DNA of 64,000 bases from a virus. The translations under genes and the position numbers were made by a program. The notes under the pieces are model-generated. The model was not told the origin of the DNA. It did no database searches and saw nothing but the letters and a program-made list of their open reading frames with translations. Positions 36,221-45,603 of this stretch are shown one piece after another. The stretch covers positions 23,581 through 87,580 of the IMG/VR virus record IMGVR_UViG_3300023174_000117; one strand, written 5' to 3'. How positions within the stretch are numbered: the first letter of the stretch is position 1; each line of letters opens with the position of its first letter.

Positions 36221-37780
36221 TTAGTTAAAGAAAATTTTGCTTGTAGTGAAACCAACGCCATCTAGAGACTCTAGGTTTTCAGCCTTAGATCTGTGCTTTG
36301 GAACTGGCCTTCCATTCTTATCGAAGTCTATCTTGCTTAAAGGTAGGCCGAGCTTGGGACAGAAAAGTTCGATAGAGTTTGCTGTTTTTATTAAGTCCCC
36401 TCTCTTTAGCGCTTCTTTTACAAGAGAGTCGTCAGAAGTTTTTGATGCATTCTTGATTAAAGATTGGAAGTCATTTAGCGCAATCTTGAATCTCTCTGGT
36501 CCAAACTTGTCGCTAATGATGGTTAAGGCATCCTCTGCAAGCTTATAATCAGAAATTGCTACTGCTGCAGTTATTTTGTCGAATAGCTGAGAGTAGGAAA
36601 GCTTGTTTAGCTCGTCAGAATCTCTGAAGAATGGAGCGCTCTTTTCAGAGATAACGCCCGCTTCCTTTGTGAAGCTCTGAAATCCAGAGTGAGAGAAATC
36701 GTAAGACTTCTTGTTGAGGGTGTAGAACTTAGATGGAAGATTTACTAGGTCACCAGAGACTTCGACTGGAACTACAACGTCCTCATATCCTGAGGTGGTT
36801 GGTATTCTGGCCGCAAAAGCAAGTCTGTTCTTCTCAGATGAGGCAAGCTTAATCTGTGGATTAAAGGCCCCTATTAAGGTTAGTTCGGAGAAAACTACTC
36901 TAGAGGCTTTCTTCACTAAGTGCTCTGGAAGTCCGGATGCAGATGCTGTCAAAACCTCTTCGACATCAATCATATCTTTTAGTGCAGATGGAGTTACAGG
37001 AACATAGTCAGTTACACGGTATGATGCTCTCTGCTCCTCAAAATCACTTCTTGCGGAAGCCTTCTTATTCAGGGACTGTGACTTAAGCTCAACAAGTAGG
37101 GCTTCTTTTGTGATCGGCTCTAGGGAGTCTCCGGAAATAAAAGCCTTTGGTGGTGTAACTACGCCATTTGAAATCTGAACTGGAATTTTAACAGAAGATG
37201 TTGTAAAATCAGAATTCTTATAGGAAGCGCTGCAAAGAATGAAGTGCTCATTTCCACCAACGATATCAATTGAAGCTGGAGGAAGGTTTGCGGACGATAG
37301 CTCAATTGAGGTTAGCTTTTCTGCTTTTTTGATGAGATTCTTATCATAGGTTCCAAAGGATTTGTTGGCACCGAGTGAGAATATTCTGGAGAAAGCGTTT
37401 ACTGTATCGCTATCCTCAGAGAGTGAAACTGGGGCGGCTTCATCAGAAGCTCTCTTGGAGTGATAGGTTTTGTCAGATGGCTTGACGGAGGCGAATCCTT
37501 CAGGAAGGAGATCGTTTAACTCATATCTAAAAGCAGAATTGCCGTTAGAAAAACCATACATCTTGTTATAAAGATCTGCTATCTCTTTCTGTGAAATTAC
37601 GGGCTGCTTGCTGGCAACCTTAGTTAGGACATCCCTCATGTTTCCAATAAGCTGATCAGAAGGATTGCTCTGAGAAGATACTTCTAGTCTGTTGATTACA
37701 TAGGATGTTGGAAATTTCTTTCCATTATCCATTTTATCTAGAGCACTCTTTGCTGTTTTTATTAATTTAGATAATGACAT
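36221..37780 (-). CDS. Putative head protein with an internal domain duplication
   Basis: Two copies of L.KKA......EL....V.IPV..S......P..F; many K-x-A motifs. Confidence 0.6.
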   Translation of the reverse strand: MSLSKLIKTAKSALDKMDNGKKFPTSYVINRLEVSSQSNPSDQLIGNMRDVLTKVASKQPVISQKEIADLYNKMYGFSNGNSAFRYELNDLLPEGFASVKPSDKTYHSKRASDEAAPVSLSEDSDTVNAFSRIFSLGANKSFGTYDKNLIKKAEKLTSIELSSANLPPASIDIVGGNEHFILCSASYKNSDFTTSSVKIPVQISNGVVTPPKAFISGDSLEPITKEALLVELKSQSLNKKASARSDFEEQRASYRVTDYVPVTPSALKDMIDVEEVLTASASGLPEHLVKKASRVVFSELTLIGAFNPQIKLASSEKNRLAFAARIPTTSGYEDVVVPVEVSGDLVNLPSKFYTLNKKSYDFSHSGFQSFTKEAGVISEKSAPFFRDSDELNKLSYSQLFDKITAAVAISDYKLAEDALTIISDKFGPERFKIALNDFQSLIKNASKTSDDSLVKEALKRGDLIKTANSIELFCPKLGLPLSKIDFDKNGRPVPKHRSKAENLESLDGVGFTTSKIFFN

Positions 37781-37787
37781 TTTTCAC

Positions 37788-38276
37788 CTAGATATATTTT
37801 TTTAATTCTGGAAATGTATTGATGAGGGATTCTTTCTTTGTAACTGGCTGCTCAGAAAGCAATTCTTTAACGAACTTTTCGTCAGAACCGGCTTTATCTA
37901 AAATAGCGGACTTAAAAATAGAAATATCCTCTCCGGAGAAACCAAAGTCTTCAGAAGAGAATCTATGTATTGGGATATTTTTATAGGCAAGTGTTACATT
38001 ACAATTGTCATAATCTGATGCTACAACCCAATCTCCAGAAGTTTTATAATCAAATTTTGGATCCGAGGCTCTAACCAAAAATTTCTTTCCATCAACTTCA
38101 GATAAGGTCCAGAGACCGTCATAAGGATTATATGGGCTGTTGGTGATCCTCACCATACCAAAAGCAACCTTCTCAAAACCAATGTCATCAGTTACCTCAA
38201 CGATTGTTTTATCGTTGAGATCCCTGGATTGTTTTTGTAATAATTTTATTAAAATATTGTCAAGATTGCTTGACAT
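37788..38276 (-). CDS. Hypothetical late protein
   Basis: AGGAG RBS and TATTAATA upstream; first gene of the morphogenesis block. Confidence 0.6.
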   Translation of the reverse strand: MSSNLDNILIKLLQKQSRDLNDKTIVEVTDDIGFEKVAFGMVRITNSPYNPYDGLWTLSEVDGKKFLVRASDPKFDYKTSGDWVVASDYDNCNVTLAYKNIPIHRFSSEDFGFSGEDISIFKSAILDKAGSDEKFVKELLSEQPVTKKESLINTFPELKKYI

Positions 38277-38297
38277 AAACTTCTCCTAGGTAAACAA

Positions 38298-38349
38298 AAA
38301 TCTATTTATTAATAGAACTAATATCTATTGCCTGGTTATAAATAGATTT
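38298..38349. promoter_or_regulatory. 12-bp inverted repeat overlapping a late-promoter motif
   Basis: AAATCTATTTAT (38298-309) / ATAAATAGATTT (38338-349); TATTAATA at 38307-314. Confidence 0.5.
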
Positions 38350-38369
38350 GAGAATTAATGTCATTATAT

Positions 38370-38807
38370 TTATATAGTTTTCTCTTTTATTTTATCCATT
38401 TCTTCCAGAAGAATCTGTATTTTGGGGTTTGTCTTGCAAATCTTTTTTAATTTTTTAAAGATTCCACCATATCTTTTTTTATCATTCCTATAATCAAGAT
38501 TCCCTCTAAGAGCCTTATGAACTGCGGACTGAGTGATGCCAAGAGACTCTGCGATTTGATTTTGTGTTTTTCCAACCAGAACCATATAGAGAATTTTTCT
38601 TTGGTGCTCAGTTAAAAAATCACCGTTTATGATTTCATAAACCTGCTCTAGGAGCTCAGACCTTAAGTCTACCAAATCTTCTGATAATGAATTTTCAGCC
38701 AATACTCCGGCTATACCTTTATCTTCTGAAAAATTATTTAACTTAGACTGATCAAAAGAAATCTCAACAATTCTATGTTGATAATTCTTGCTTTTATTTT
38801 TTTTCAT
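38370..38807 (-). CDS. Sigma-70 region-4/LuxR-like HTH protein
   Basis: LTEHQRKIL......KTQNQIAESLGITQSAVHKAL. Confidence 0.75.
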   Translation of the reverse strand: MKKNKSKNYQHRIVEISFDQSKLNNFSEDKGIAGVLAENSLSEDLVDLRSELLEQVYEIINGDFLTEHQRKILYMVLVGKTQNQIAESLGITQSAVHKALRGNLDYRNDKKRYGGIFKKLKKICKTNPKIQILLEEMDKIKEKTI

Positions 38808-39571
38808 TACCACTCCAAGGGAAGAATTTGGTTTACTTCATTAAAAAAATCCTCTTTTGCTTTTCCAGAATTTAAAAAATATTCCCCTGCATCTTTATAA
38901 CCTGACGGCAAACTCAGAAACCTAAGTTTCGCACCCTTGCTTATAAATTTGTTATAAATTTGAGAAGATGATTTTTTTCCACCATCATCCATATCTAGAA
39001 AAAATGTAATCTTATCGGTATATCTTGACAACTTGATGAAGTGATTCTTTGAAAACGCAGTTCCACACACAGCCACTGTGTTGGTTATACCGGAATCAAA
39101 CATACTCATTTGATCAAAATAACCCTCAACAACAAAAACATTTTGATTTAGTAGAATTTCCCTTCTGGAGAGTCCCAAACCAAATAAATAATTTGTTTTT
39201 TTAAACTTGCTATTTTTGTACTTCGGAATGTCGAGAATTGTCCTTTCTCTCTCAGACAACATGGTTCTTCCGGCCAAACCTACCGGGTTCCCATACTCAT
39301 CACGAATAGGAAAGATGATGGAATAATAATCGGAAAAATCACTCGTTCCGTCATAGTTCATCATTCCAATTTTTTTCAGAAAATCTTCTGATACATGCTT
39401 ACATAAGGTTTTTATATTTTTTGGAAAAAAACCTAACTGATATGTTTTAAAGATGTCGGTAGAGATCTTCCTCTCATCAAAGAGATAATCTTTACCTACC
39501 TTTGTTTTCTTTAAATTTTGATGACAAATATCGATTAATTTATTTAGTTCCGAAAAATCATTCTGAGTCAT
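38807..39571 (-). CDS. dnaG: DNA primase catalytic core (DnaG-type, no Zn-binding domain)
   Basis: IIFPIRD..G..VG..GR, PKYKNS, VVEGYFD, GTA, D.D.GG, KD..E. Confidence 0.85.
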   Translation of the reverse strand: MTQNDFSELNKLIDICHQNLKKTKVGKDYLFDERKISTDIFKTYQLGFFPKNIKTLCKHVSEDFLKKIGMMNYDGTSDFSDYYSIIFPIRDEYGNPVGLAGRTMLSERERTILDIPKYKNSKFKKTNYLFGLGLSRREILLNQNVFVVEGYFDQMSMFDSGITNTVAVCGTAFSKNHFIKLSRYTDKITFFLDMDDGGKKSSSQIYNKFISKGAKLRFLSLPSGYKDAGEYFLNSGKAKEDFFNEVNQILPLEW

Positions 39572-39923
39572 CTTCTTTCTCTATTGCCAAGACATTTGGT
39601 TTTATTTTTTCCATCGCATGAACCATCATCTCACTAACCTGAATTGTACAATTCTTGGTCTGACAGTCCTTGCCATATGGAACACCATTAATTACGGTGG
39701 TTTCAACCCTATTGTTGCAATTAGAGCAATTAAAAGTAAATGCTTTGTTCTTTGTCTTCATGAATATATCTTTGTTTCTTCGCATGGAAGATTTTGTATA
39801 TTCCGAAACATTAACTATCTCTTCGTCACATTTTCTACAGATTACCTGATTTGAGTCCAGATCGAGCGAACCTTCCGTCATACCATCTGATTTCTTACAT
39901 CTGTTGTTACAATTTAAAAGCAT
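39558..39923 (-). CDS. Cys-rich Zn-ribbon protein
   Basis: Four Cys pairs. Confidence 0.6.
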   Translation of the reverse strand: MLLNCNNRCKKSDGMTEGSLDLDSNQVICRKCDEEIVNVSEYTKSSMRRNKDIFMKTKNKAFTFNCSNCNNRVETTVINGVPYGKDCQTKNCTIQVSEMMVHAMEKIKPNVLAIEKEDDSE

Positions 39924-39926
39924 ATG

Positions 39927-41078
39927 TTACTCCGAATCTTCGAGTGCGGATGAATCCGACGCAGAATCTTCATCATCATGAACTGATGCAACTGGACCCT
40001 CTCCGGAGAGATATTTTTCTCTACATGCTTCTTCAAGCTGGATTAACTTTGTATTATCATCCAGATAGTCAAGAATAGCTTGCTTTCCATTAAATTTTTC
40101 TTGCCCAAGAACATAGGTTTTGTTATTTGGCCTATCAACGAGTCCCATCAGGATTGCTAGATTTAGAACTTCTTCATTTCTATTTACAATACCTTTTGTA
40201 TATTTGATTGTATAGATAGCCTCTCTATATGGTGCTCCCACTTTATTCTTCTGAATCTTTGCTTTGACCTTATGACCGACTATCTCTTCATTTTCATCTT
40301 CGACCCGGTTGTCCGCACCTCCCATGGGAGCCATGTTAATCATAACACTGCAGGCATGTTTAAGTGCCTTTCCTCCTGGCGAATCCTCGGGATTCCCATA
40401 CATAACTCCTGGATTTACTCGTATCTGGTTGATGAAAATCATGGCCACATTTGCTTCTGCAACGGCCGGTGTAAGTTTCTTCAACTCTGTAGATAGGAAC
40501 CTTGGCATTGGAGCCATATTCTGTTTACCGATAGAAGCATCTGCTTCCATTGGGGTATTCATTGCAGCAACTGAATCAATGACAATAACTCCAAGGTTTT
40601 TAAACCTAGGGTCTGTACCCTCCTTAACTAAATCTAGGACACCCATAGTACTCTTAGTTGTTTTCCCGGTAATCTTATTTGTGGTAGATTTTCCAATCAA
40701 TCCTTCGAAAATCTTCTTTGCATCATTTGTCTTTGCAACAATAATTCTGGATGTGTCAAGACCAAGAGACTTTGCCCAGGAAGCATCATAGGTAAACTCG
40801 GCATCAACAAACATTGCCGTATTTGACGGATTTTCATTCAGCCAAGATTTCATACAGAGTAGGGATAGGAGTGTCTTACCAGACGATTCTTTCCCGGCCA
40901 ATTGGATAATTCTTCCTCTTGGAAATCCACCGACACCAAGAGCATAATCAAGCGAAGCACTTCCACTTCTAATAACATCATATGCACCAACTGTATCAAT
41001 ATCGCCATCAAGAAAGAGGCAATCGTCACCAAACAATGACAAAAGCTCTTTCTCTCCCTCAGAAGTTTTTTTACTCAT
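39927..41078 (-). CDS. recA: RecA recombinase
   Basis: LD.ALG.GG.PRGRI, GKESSGKT, IDSVAA, IFINQIR, YGNPE..PGGKALK, KNKV..P. Confidence 0.95.
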   Translation of the reverse strand: MSKKTSEGEKELLSLFGDDCLFLDGDIDTVGAYDVIRSGSASLDYALGVGGFPRGRIIQLAGKESSGKTLLSLLCMKSWLNENPSNTAMFVDAEFTYDASWAKSLGLDTSRIIVAKTNDAKKIFEGLIGKSTTNKITGKTTKSTMGVLDLVKEGTDPRFKNLGVIVIDSVAAMNTPMEADASIGKQNMAPMPRFLSTELKKLTPAVAEANVAMIFINQIRVNPGVMYGNPEDSPGGKALKHACSVMINMAPMGGADNRVEDENEEIVGHKVKAKIQKNKVGAPYREAIYTIKYTKGIVNRNEEVLNLAILMGLVDRPNNKTYVLGQEKFNGKQAILDYLDDNTKLIQLEEACREKYLSGEGPVASVHDDEDSASDSSALEDSE

Positions 41079-41092
41079 ACTATCTCCATTTT

Positions 41093-42736
41093 TCAGTAGT
41101 TATGGTTTAGGTTGGAACTTGATGGTACACGCCAGCCTGCGGGGGGTTGCCACCCCGAAGGATTTGCAAGGTCTTCGGACAGTACGGCTTCTGTATTTAA
41201 GAGCAGAAGTGTAATACTTACAGCATTTTGTACGGCCGTCTTTGTAACTTTTTTGGGATCCAAAACCCCCATTTTAAGCATATCGCCGTACATTCTTCCA
41301 TGTAGATTATACCCATGCCAATAGTTATTTTCAGACAAAATTCTTGATTCGATTTCTTCAGGTGACTGATATCCATTTTCCATTATTTGGCGAAATGGAC
41401 GCTTGCACGCACGCACGAGCACCTCTGTTGCTGCCCGATATTCTTGAGGAACATCATCCATGCAAATGGACGAGGCAGCCCTCAAAAGAGCAATGCCGCC
41501 GCCAGGAAGGATTCCGGATTCTATCGCAGCCTTTGTTGCGCACACCGCATCTTCAACTCGATCTCCCTTTTCTCGTAGCTCTGCCTCAGTAGAATAAGCA
41601 ACGCCTATAACTGCAGCCTTATTATTTAGGAAGGCCAGCCTTTCACGAATGTCTTTTCGATCCATGTCGCTTATGACGTTTTCTAGAGCTTCACGATAAA
41701 GCTTGCTCTTTTCTCTTATCGAGTTTTCATCTTTTCTTCCACCAATAATTGTTGTGAAATATCTAGAGACGGTTATTTTTTCCGCAAAACCTAGCTCAGA
41801 AACTGCTGCGCTCGCCAAAGGAAGGCCACGCTCCTCCCCATAGACTTTTGTTCCGCAAAGGAGTGCCAAGTCTGCCAACCACTCCGAATTATTCTTACCC
41901 ATAATGGGGTATTCGACCGTTACTGCGTTTAGCCTTCCTTGCTTTCTATTTAGGGCGATCATGTCAATCGCCTCTTGCCTAATTGTCTTTGCGATAATAA
42001 GGATTGGTCGATTCTCCTTGTGAAGCTGCTCAAGAACCTGGACGAAATCCTGCACATGAGTAATGTCACGTTCACATATGAGCACGTATGCGTTATCTAA
42101 TGTGACTGGATCTTCATCTTTCTTTAGGATTGCCGATGTAGAATATCCAGATTTTAGCTCTACTCCATCGGTATACTTTACACGATTCTCAACACCCGCA
42201 TAAGCTTCTGCGGTAACCAGGCCATTTCTACCAACCTTTTCAAAAGCCTCTGCAATGACAGAGCCAAGCTCATTATCATTGTTAGCCGAAATAGAGGCGA
42301 TGTGCTTAATCTCATCAAAGGAGTCAATCTCCTTTGAATGATCATCAAGATGCTTTAAAATTAGAGAGGCGGCATAATTTAAGCCGTCTCTGAAAAAGAT
42401 AGGATTTACACCAGAAGATATGGTTTGCATACCCTCAGAAAGAATTGCCTCAGCTAATACTGTTGCCGTAGTTGTTCCGTCTCCAGCGACATCAGCAGTA
42501 CGACCAGCAACTTCTTTTATCAATCTACATCCCAACTCCTCTACAGGATCTTCTAGGACGACCTCTCTTGCAACAGAAACACCATCTTTTGTAATTGTTG
42601 GTGCTCCGACGAATTTTCCGAGAATTACATTCCTTCCGTGCGGACCCATGGTAACCGAAACTGTTTTTGCCAATTTCTTGGCGCCACTAACAATCTTTTC
42701 TCTCGCCTCATCACCATAAACAATTATTCTTGACAT
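41093..42736 (-). CDS. groEL: Chaperonin GroEL (likely start MSRII)
   Basis: TMGP.GRNV, TKDGVSVA, AGDGTTTATVLA, DRVEDA..AT.AA, G..PGGG.ALL, DP.KV. Confidence 0.95.
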   Translation of the reverse strand: MSRIIVYGDEAREKIVSGAKKLAKTVSVTMGPHGRNVILGKFVGAPTITKDGVSVAREVVLEDPVEELGCRLIKEVAGRTADVAGDGTTTATVLAEAILSEGMQTISSGVNPIFFRDGLNYAASLILKHLDDHSKEIDSFDEIKHIASISANNDNELGSVIAEAFEKVGRNGLVTAEAYAGVENRVKYTDGVELKSGYSTSAILKKDEDPVTLDNAYVLICERDITHVQDFVQVLEQLHKENRPILIIAKTIRQEAIDMIALNRKQGRLNAVTVEYPIMGKNNSEWLADLALLCGTKVYGEERGLPLASAAVSELGFAEKITVSRYFTTIIGGRKDENSIREKSKLYREALENVISDMDRKDIRERLAFLNNKAAVIGVAYSTEAELREKGDRVEDAVCATKAAIESGILPGGGIALLRAASSICMDDVPQEYRAATEVLVRACKRPFRQIMENGYQSPEEIESRILSENNYWHGYNLHGRMYGDMLKMGVLDPKKVTKTAVQNAVSITLLLLNTEAVLSEDLANPSGWQPPAGWRVPSSSNLNHNY

Positions 42737-42744
42737 AGGACCTC

Positions 42745-43290
42745 TTATTTTATATTTTTTTGATTTTTTATCGCATGACAATAAGCTACTGCGATAGCGT
42801 CGGCTTGATCGAAATACTCTTTGGATATATTACCAACTCTATTTAAATCAAATTTGAAGGAAGGGAATGTTGTTTTCATTAAGTTAAAAATATCGTCTTT
42901 TGAAACACTTTTTATATTTAAATGCTTGGATATTACAGACCTGACGCTGGTAACCGGATATTTGTCAGTCTCATAACCTAATGTTTGAAGGCAAATTAAT
43001 GACACAAGTTCGTTAAAAAAAGAAAGAACTATAATTGTCCTTGCCGTACTTCTTCCTGCTGTAAATCTGCTTGCATACGCTTCTACAGCTACGGAGTCTG
43101 GAGCTTCCGTCAACAGCAAGCTCTTTATTTTCTCGGATGCCTTCATGGCCCTGAAAGTTAAACTTCCTTTTGAAGATGGTGGCGGCTTGATATGACCCGT
43201 CTTTATCAAGCTTATATTCTTATCGTCATATTCTATTACTGCATACCCTATGGTATTTGATGATATATCTAAACCTAAAATTTTTGGCAT
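42745..43290 (-). CDS. ruvC: RuvC-like Holliday junction resolvase (likely start MPKILG)
   Basis: ILGLD.S....GYA, VAVE, DQADAIAVA. Confidence 0.85.
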   Translation of the reverse strand: MPKILGLDISSNTIGYAVIEYDDKNISLIKTGHIKPPPSSKGSLTFRAMKASEKIKSLLLTEAPDSVAVEAYASRFTAGRSTARTIIVLSFFNELVSLICLQTLGYETDKYPVTSVRSVISKHLNIKSVSKDDIFNLMKTTFPSFKFDLNRVGNISKEYFDQADAIAVAYCHAIKNQKNIK

Positions 43291-43308
43291 AGATATAATA
43301 TACTGCAT

Positions 43309-43345
43309 AAAAAAAATGAGGCGAGTAATTTTACATACTCGCCCC
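43309..43345 (-). terminator. Rho-independent terminator after the SSB gene
   Basis: GGCGAGTA/TACTCGCC stem followed by a U-tract. Confidence 0.7.
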
Positions 43346-43364
43346 AAAGAAACAAACTTAAATC

Positions 43365-44018
43365 TTACTCAAAGTCAAAATTGAACTTGGAACTCTTTCC
43401 TGACGAAGCTGACTTTGATTGAGCGGCTTGAGCGAAATCATCATCGTCATCACTATCTCCTGCACTCCAACCTAGAAGCTTGCAAATCTCCTCGTCTGGC
43501 ATGGGGCTTGTAATCTTATCAAGATTGATTCGATCATTGAAGTCCACAAACTTCTGTTTTAGATTTGACTCCAACGCTTCTTTTGGATTTGGAGTTACGG
43601 TATATAGTGGCTGAGTACCCTTTGGACCCTTGTTGATGCTGATGTCGTAAGCGGTTGCCTTACCCCACTTAGGGTTATTGATTAGAGTCTGAATTCCCTT
43701 GAAGATCTGGCTTCCAACTTCAAGGACTCGAAACTCATTATCACTACGGTCAAGAACCTTGATTAGATAGCTTGGCTGAAGTCGAAAGCCTGCCTCCTCA
43801 AGTCGCTTAACAAGTGACTGGTTACCGGTGGGGCTCAAGATCTTCTTGTTGGAACCATCCTGAGTTGTAATCCAGTGAACATAAGTTCGAATGGGGTTAC
43901 TCATAACGCGAACAACGTTCTCACCCTCCTTCAGCCTCATGAAATCTGAGGGTCGCTTCTCCTTTGATGCTCCAACGTCATTCCAATCGATCTCGCCTGA
44001 AGTAAGTTCTCGTGACAT
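43365..44018 (-). CDS. Single-stranded DNA-binding protein (gp32-like)
   Basis: F.RLK.GEN.VR, YDI.I.K...G..P.Y.V.P, acidic tail ending FDFE; strong RBS and its own terminator. Confidence 0.7.
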   Translation of the reverse strand: MSRELTSGEIDWNDVGASKEKRPSDFMRLKEGENVVRVMSNPIRTYVHWITTQDGSNKKILSPTGNQSLVKRLEEAGFRLQPSYLIKVLDRSDNEFRVLEVGSQIFKGIQTLINNPKWGKATAYDISINKGPKGTQPLYTVTPNPKEALESNLKQKFVDFNDRINLDKITSPMPDEEICKLLGWSAGDSDDDDDFAQAAQSKSASSGKSSKFNFDFE

Positions 44019-44082
44019 GTATTCTCCTTTTAATTTATTTTGTTGAACTAAGAATCAATTGTTTTTTTATTTTTGAATCAGT

Positions 44083-44643
44083 TTACTTCCACTCTATATC
44101 ACCACAAAAATTTTCTTCCTCACTTTTTGCTTTGTTGTAAGTTGGTAACTCTAACTCTGAATAGTTTGGCGTTGGAGCAAATGTAGAATACCCTGATGAA
44201 GCTTCAATACCATAATCTCTTTTTAGATACGATTTGAGCGAGTAATGCCACATCGAAAAATACTTTACCTTGTTTTCAAGCCACATCTTACAGACTTTCG
44301 CAATCTCAAGATCTTCCTTTGCTGAAATAACCTCGACATCACTTTGAATGAACCACTCCTTCTCTTTAGCAGTTTTATGACCAGCATCTTTGGCTCTAAT
44401 TAGTGCTGATTCTGCTTCTATCTTGTCTAATCGGATTTTCTTAATGCCAATATACTTATCAACTTGCGCAATTTTCTCTTGACACAAATCCTGTGCTTCA
44501 ATCGTTGTTATCAAATATTTTTCTGCAATATTTGCATCAATTACTCCGTTTTTAGGAAGAATCTTCCCAAGCTTCATAATATCGGAAAGATCCATATCTT
44601 CTATGGAAAATTCAGCTATATTAACAACCGATTTAAATTTCAT
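44083..44643 (-). CDS. Helical protein, possibly UvsY-like recombination mediator
   Basis: Coiled coil with T..EKE.FI.SD.E pattern, adjacent to SSB. Confidence 0.4.
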   Translation of the reverse strand: MKFKSVVNIAEFSIEDMDLSDIMKLGKILPKNGVIDANIAEKYLITTIEAQDLCQEKIAQVDKYIGIKKIRLDKIEAESALIRAKDAGHKTAKEKEWFIQSDVEVISAKEDLEIAKVCKMWLENKVKYFSMWHYSLKSYLKRDYGIEASSGYSTFAPTPNYSELELPTYNKAKSEEENFCGDIEWK

Positions 44644-44684
44644 CGAACCAATCCCTTCCGTCCCTTATATTCTACCCCGACCTT

Positions 44685-44996
44685 TTATTCGGAATTGTTA
44701 ATTTTATCTTCCATTTTTTTAATTCTTTTTTCCATATTTTCAACCCTATCGACAAAAGAATCCAGCCTTCTCATGCGCTGATTAAAAGATACATTTAACA
44801 AGAAATAAATTATGGGGACAGGCGTAGCCTTTTGTAGGCTTGGAGAAACTTGAATTATACATCCAGCACTATTTGTTTGGAATAGCCCTACAAAAGACTC
44901 CGACCCGAAGATCTTTGCCAAATTTTCATAATAATGAAATTCTTCTTTTGTGAGAAGTATTTTAGTATTGGCTATGTTTCTAATGGATTCGGACAT
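44685..44996 (-). CDS. Hypothetical protein
   Basis: TAATG coupling; C-terminal coiled coil. Confidence 0.55.
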   Translation of the reverse strand: MSESIRNIANTKILLTKEEFHYYENLAKIFGSESFVGLFQTNSAGCIIQVSPSLQKATPVPIIYFLLNVSFNQRMRRLDSFVDRVENMEKRIKKMEDKINNSE

Positions 44997-45598
44997 TATT
45001 CAATCCTGCTTACACCCTTAAAAACCTTCTTGAGCGTTGGGGAAGTATCGTATAGCTTCTTCAGTCTCTTAACACGATCATCCACATCCTCATCTGAAGA
45101 ATCCATATCGTCATCCTCGCCCTCATCTTCATCCTCGTCTTCGGACCGGATTTCAGACAAGACTTCCCGCTTTACCTCATTTCTTATTTCGGATAGAGAC
45201 TGAGCTCTGGAAACCGACTTGTGGACCAATTTCGGCTTTTCCTGTTCAACCTCTCCGCCGGATGACTCATCATCACGATTGGATTCTTCTCTAGAGCTAG
45301 GCTCCTCAAATCCCTCGGAAGTTGATGAATGTCCAACCTCTGCCCTATAAACCTTCTCTAGCTCAAACTTAAAAAAGATGCTGAGATCATAGATGAGATT
45401 CTGAACAAGGTCTTTATTAAGTTGTCCGGAAAGATTTATCATAAATTCTTGAGATTGGAGCTTTTTGTTAATCGCATTAATCTCGCCAAAGACAGCATCC
45501 GAAAGAAGGTTTGAACCACAAGATGGGCAAAAGTTTTTTGCTATGCTGAAGCGCATCTTGTTGCTTACTTTAAAATTGCATTTTATGCACGTAATCAT
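44996..45598 (-). CDS. Zn-ribbon protein with acidic region
   Basis: CIKC...CPSCG N-terminus. Confidence 0.6.
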   Translation of the reverse strand: MITCIKCNFKVSNKMRFSIAKNFCPSCGSNLLSDAVFGEINAINKKLQSQEFMINLSGQLNKDLVQNLIYDLSIFFKFELEKVYRAEVGHSSTSEGFEEPSSREESNRDDESSGGEVEQEKPKLVHKSVSRAQSLSEIRNEVKREVLSEIRSEDEDEDEGEDDDMDSSDEDVDDRVKRLKKLYDTSPTLKKVFKGVSRIE

Positions 45599-45603
45599 CT
45601 ATA

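Noticed and set aside
40309-42719. Antisense ORFs over recA and groEL
   Set aside because: Typical shadow ORFs opposite conserved genes
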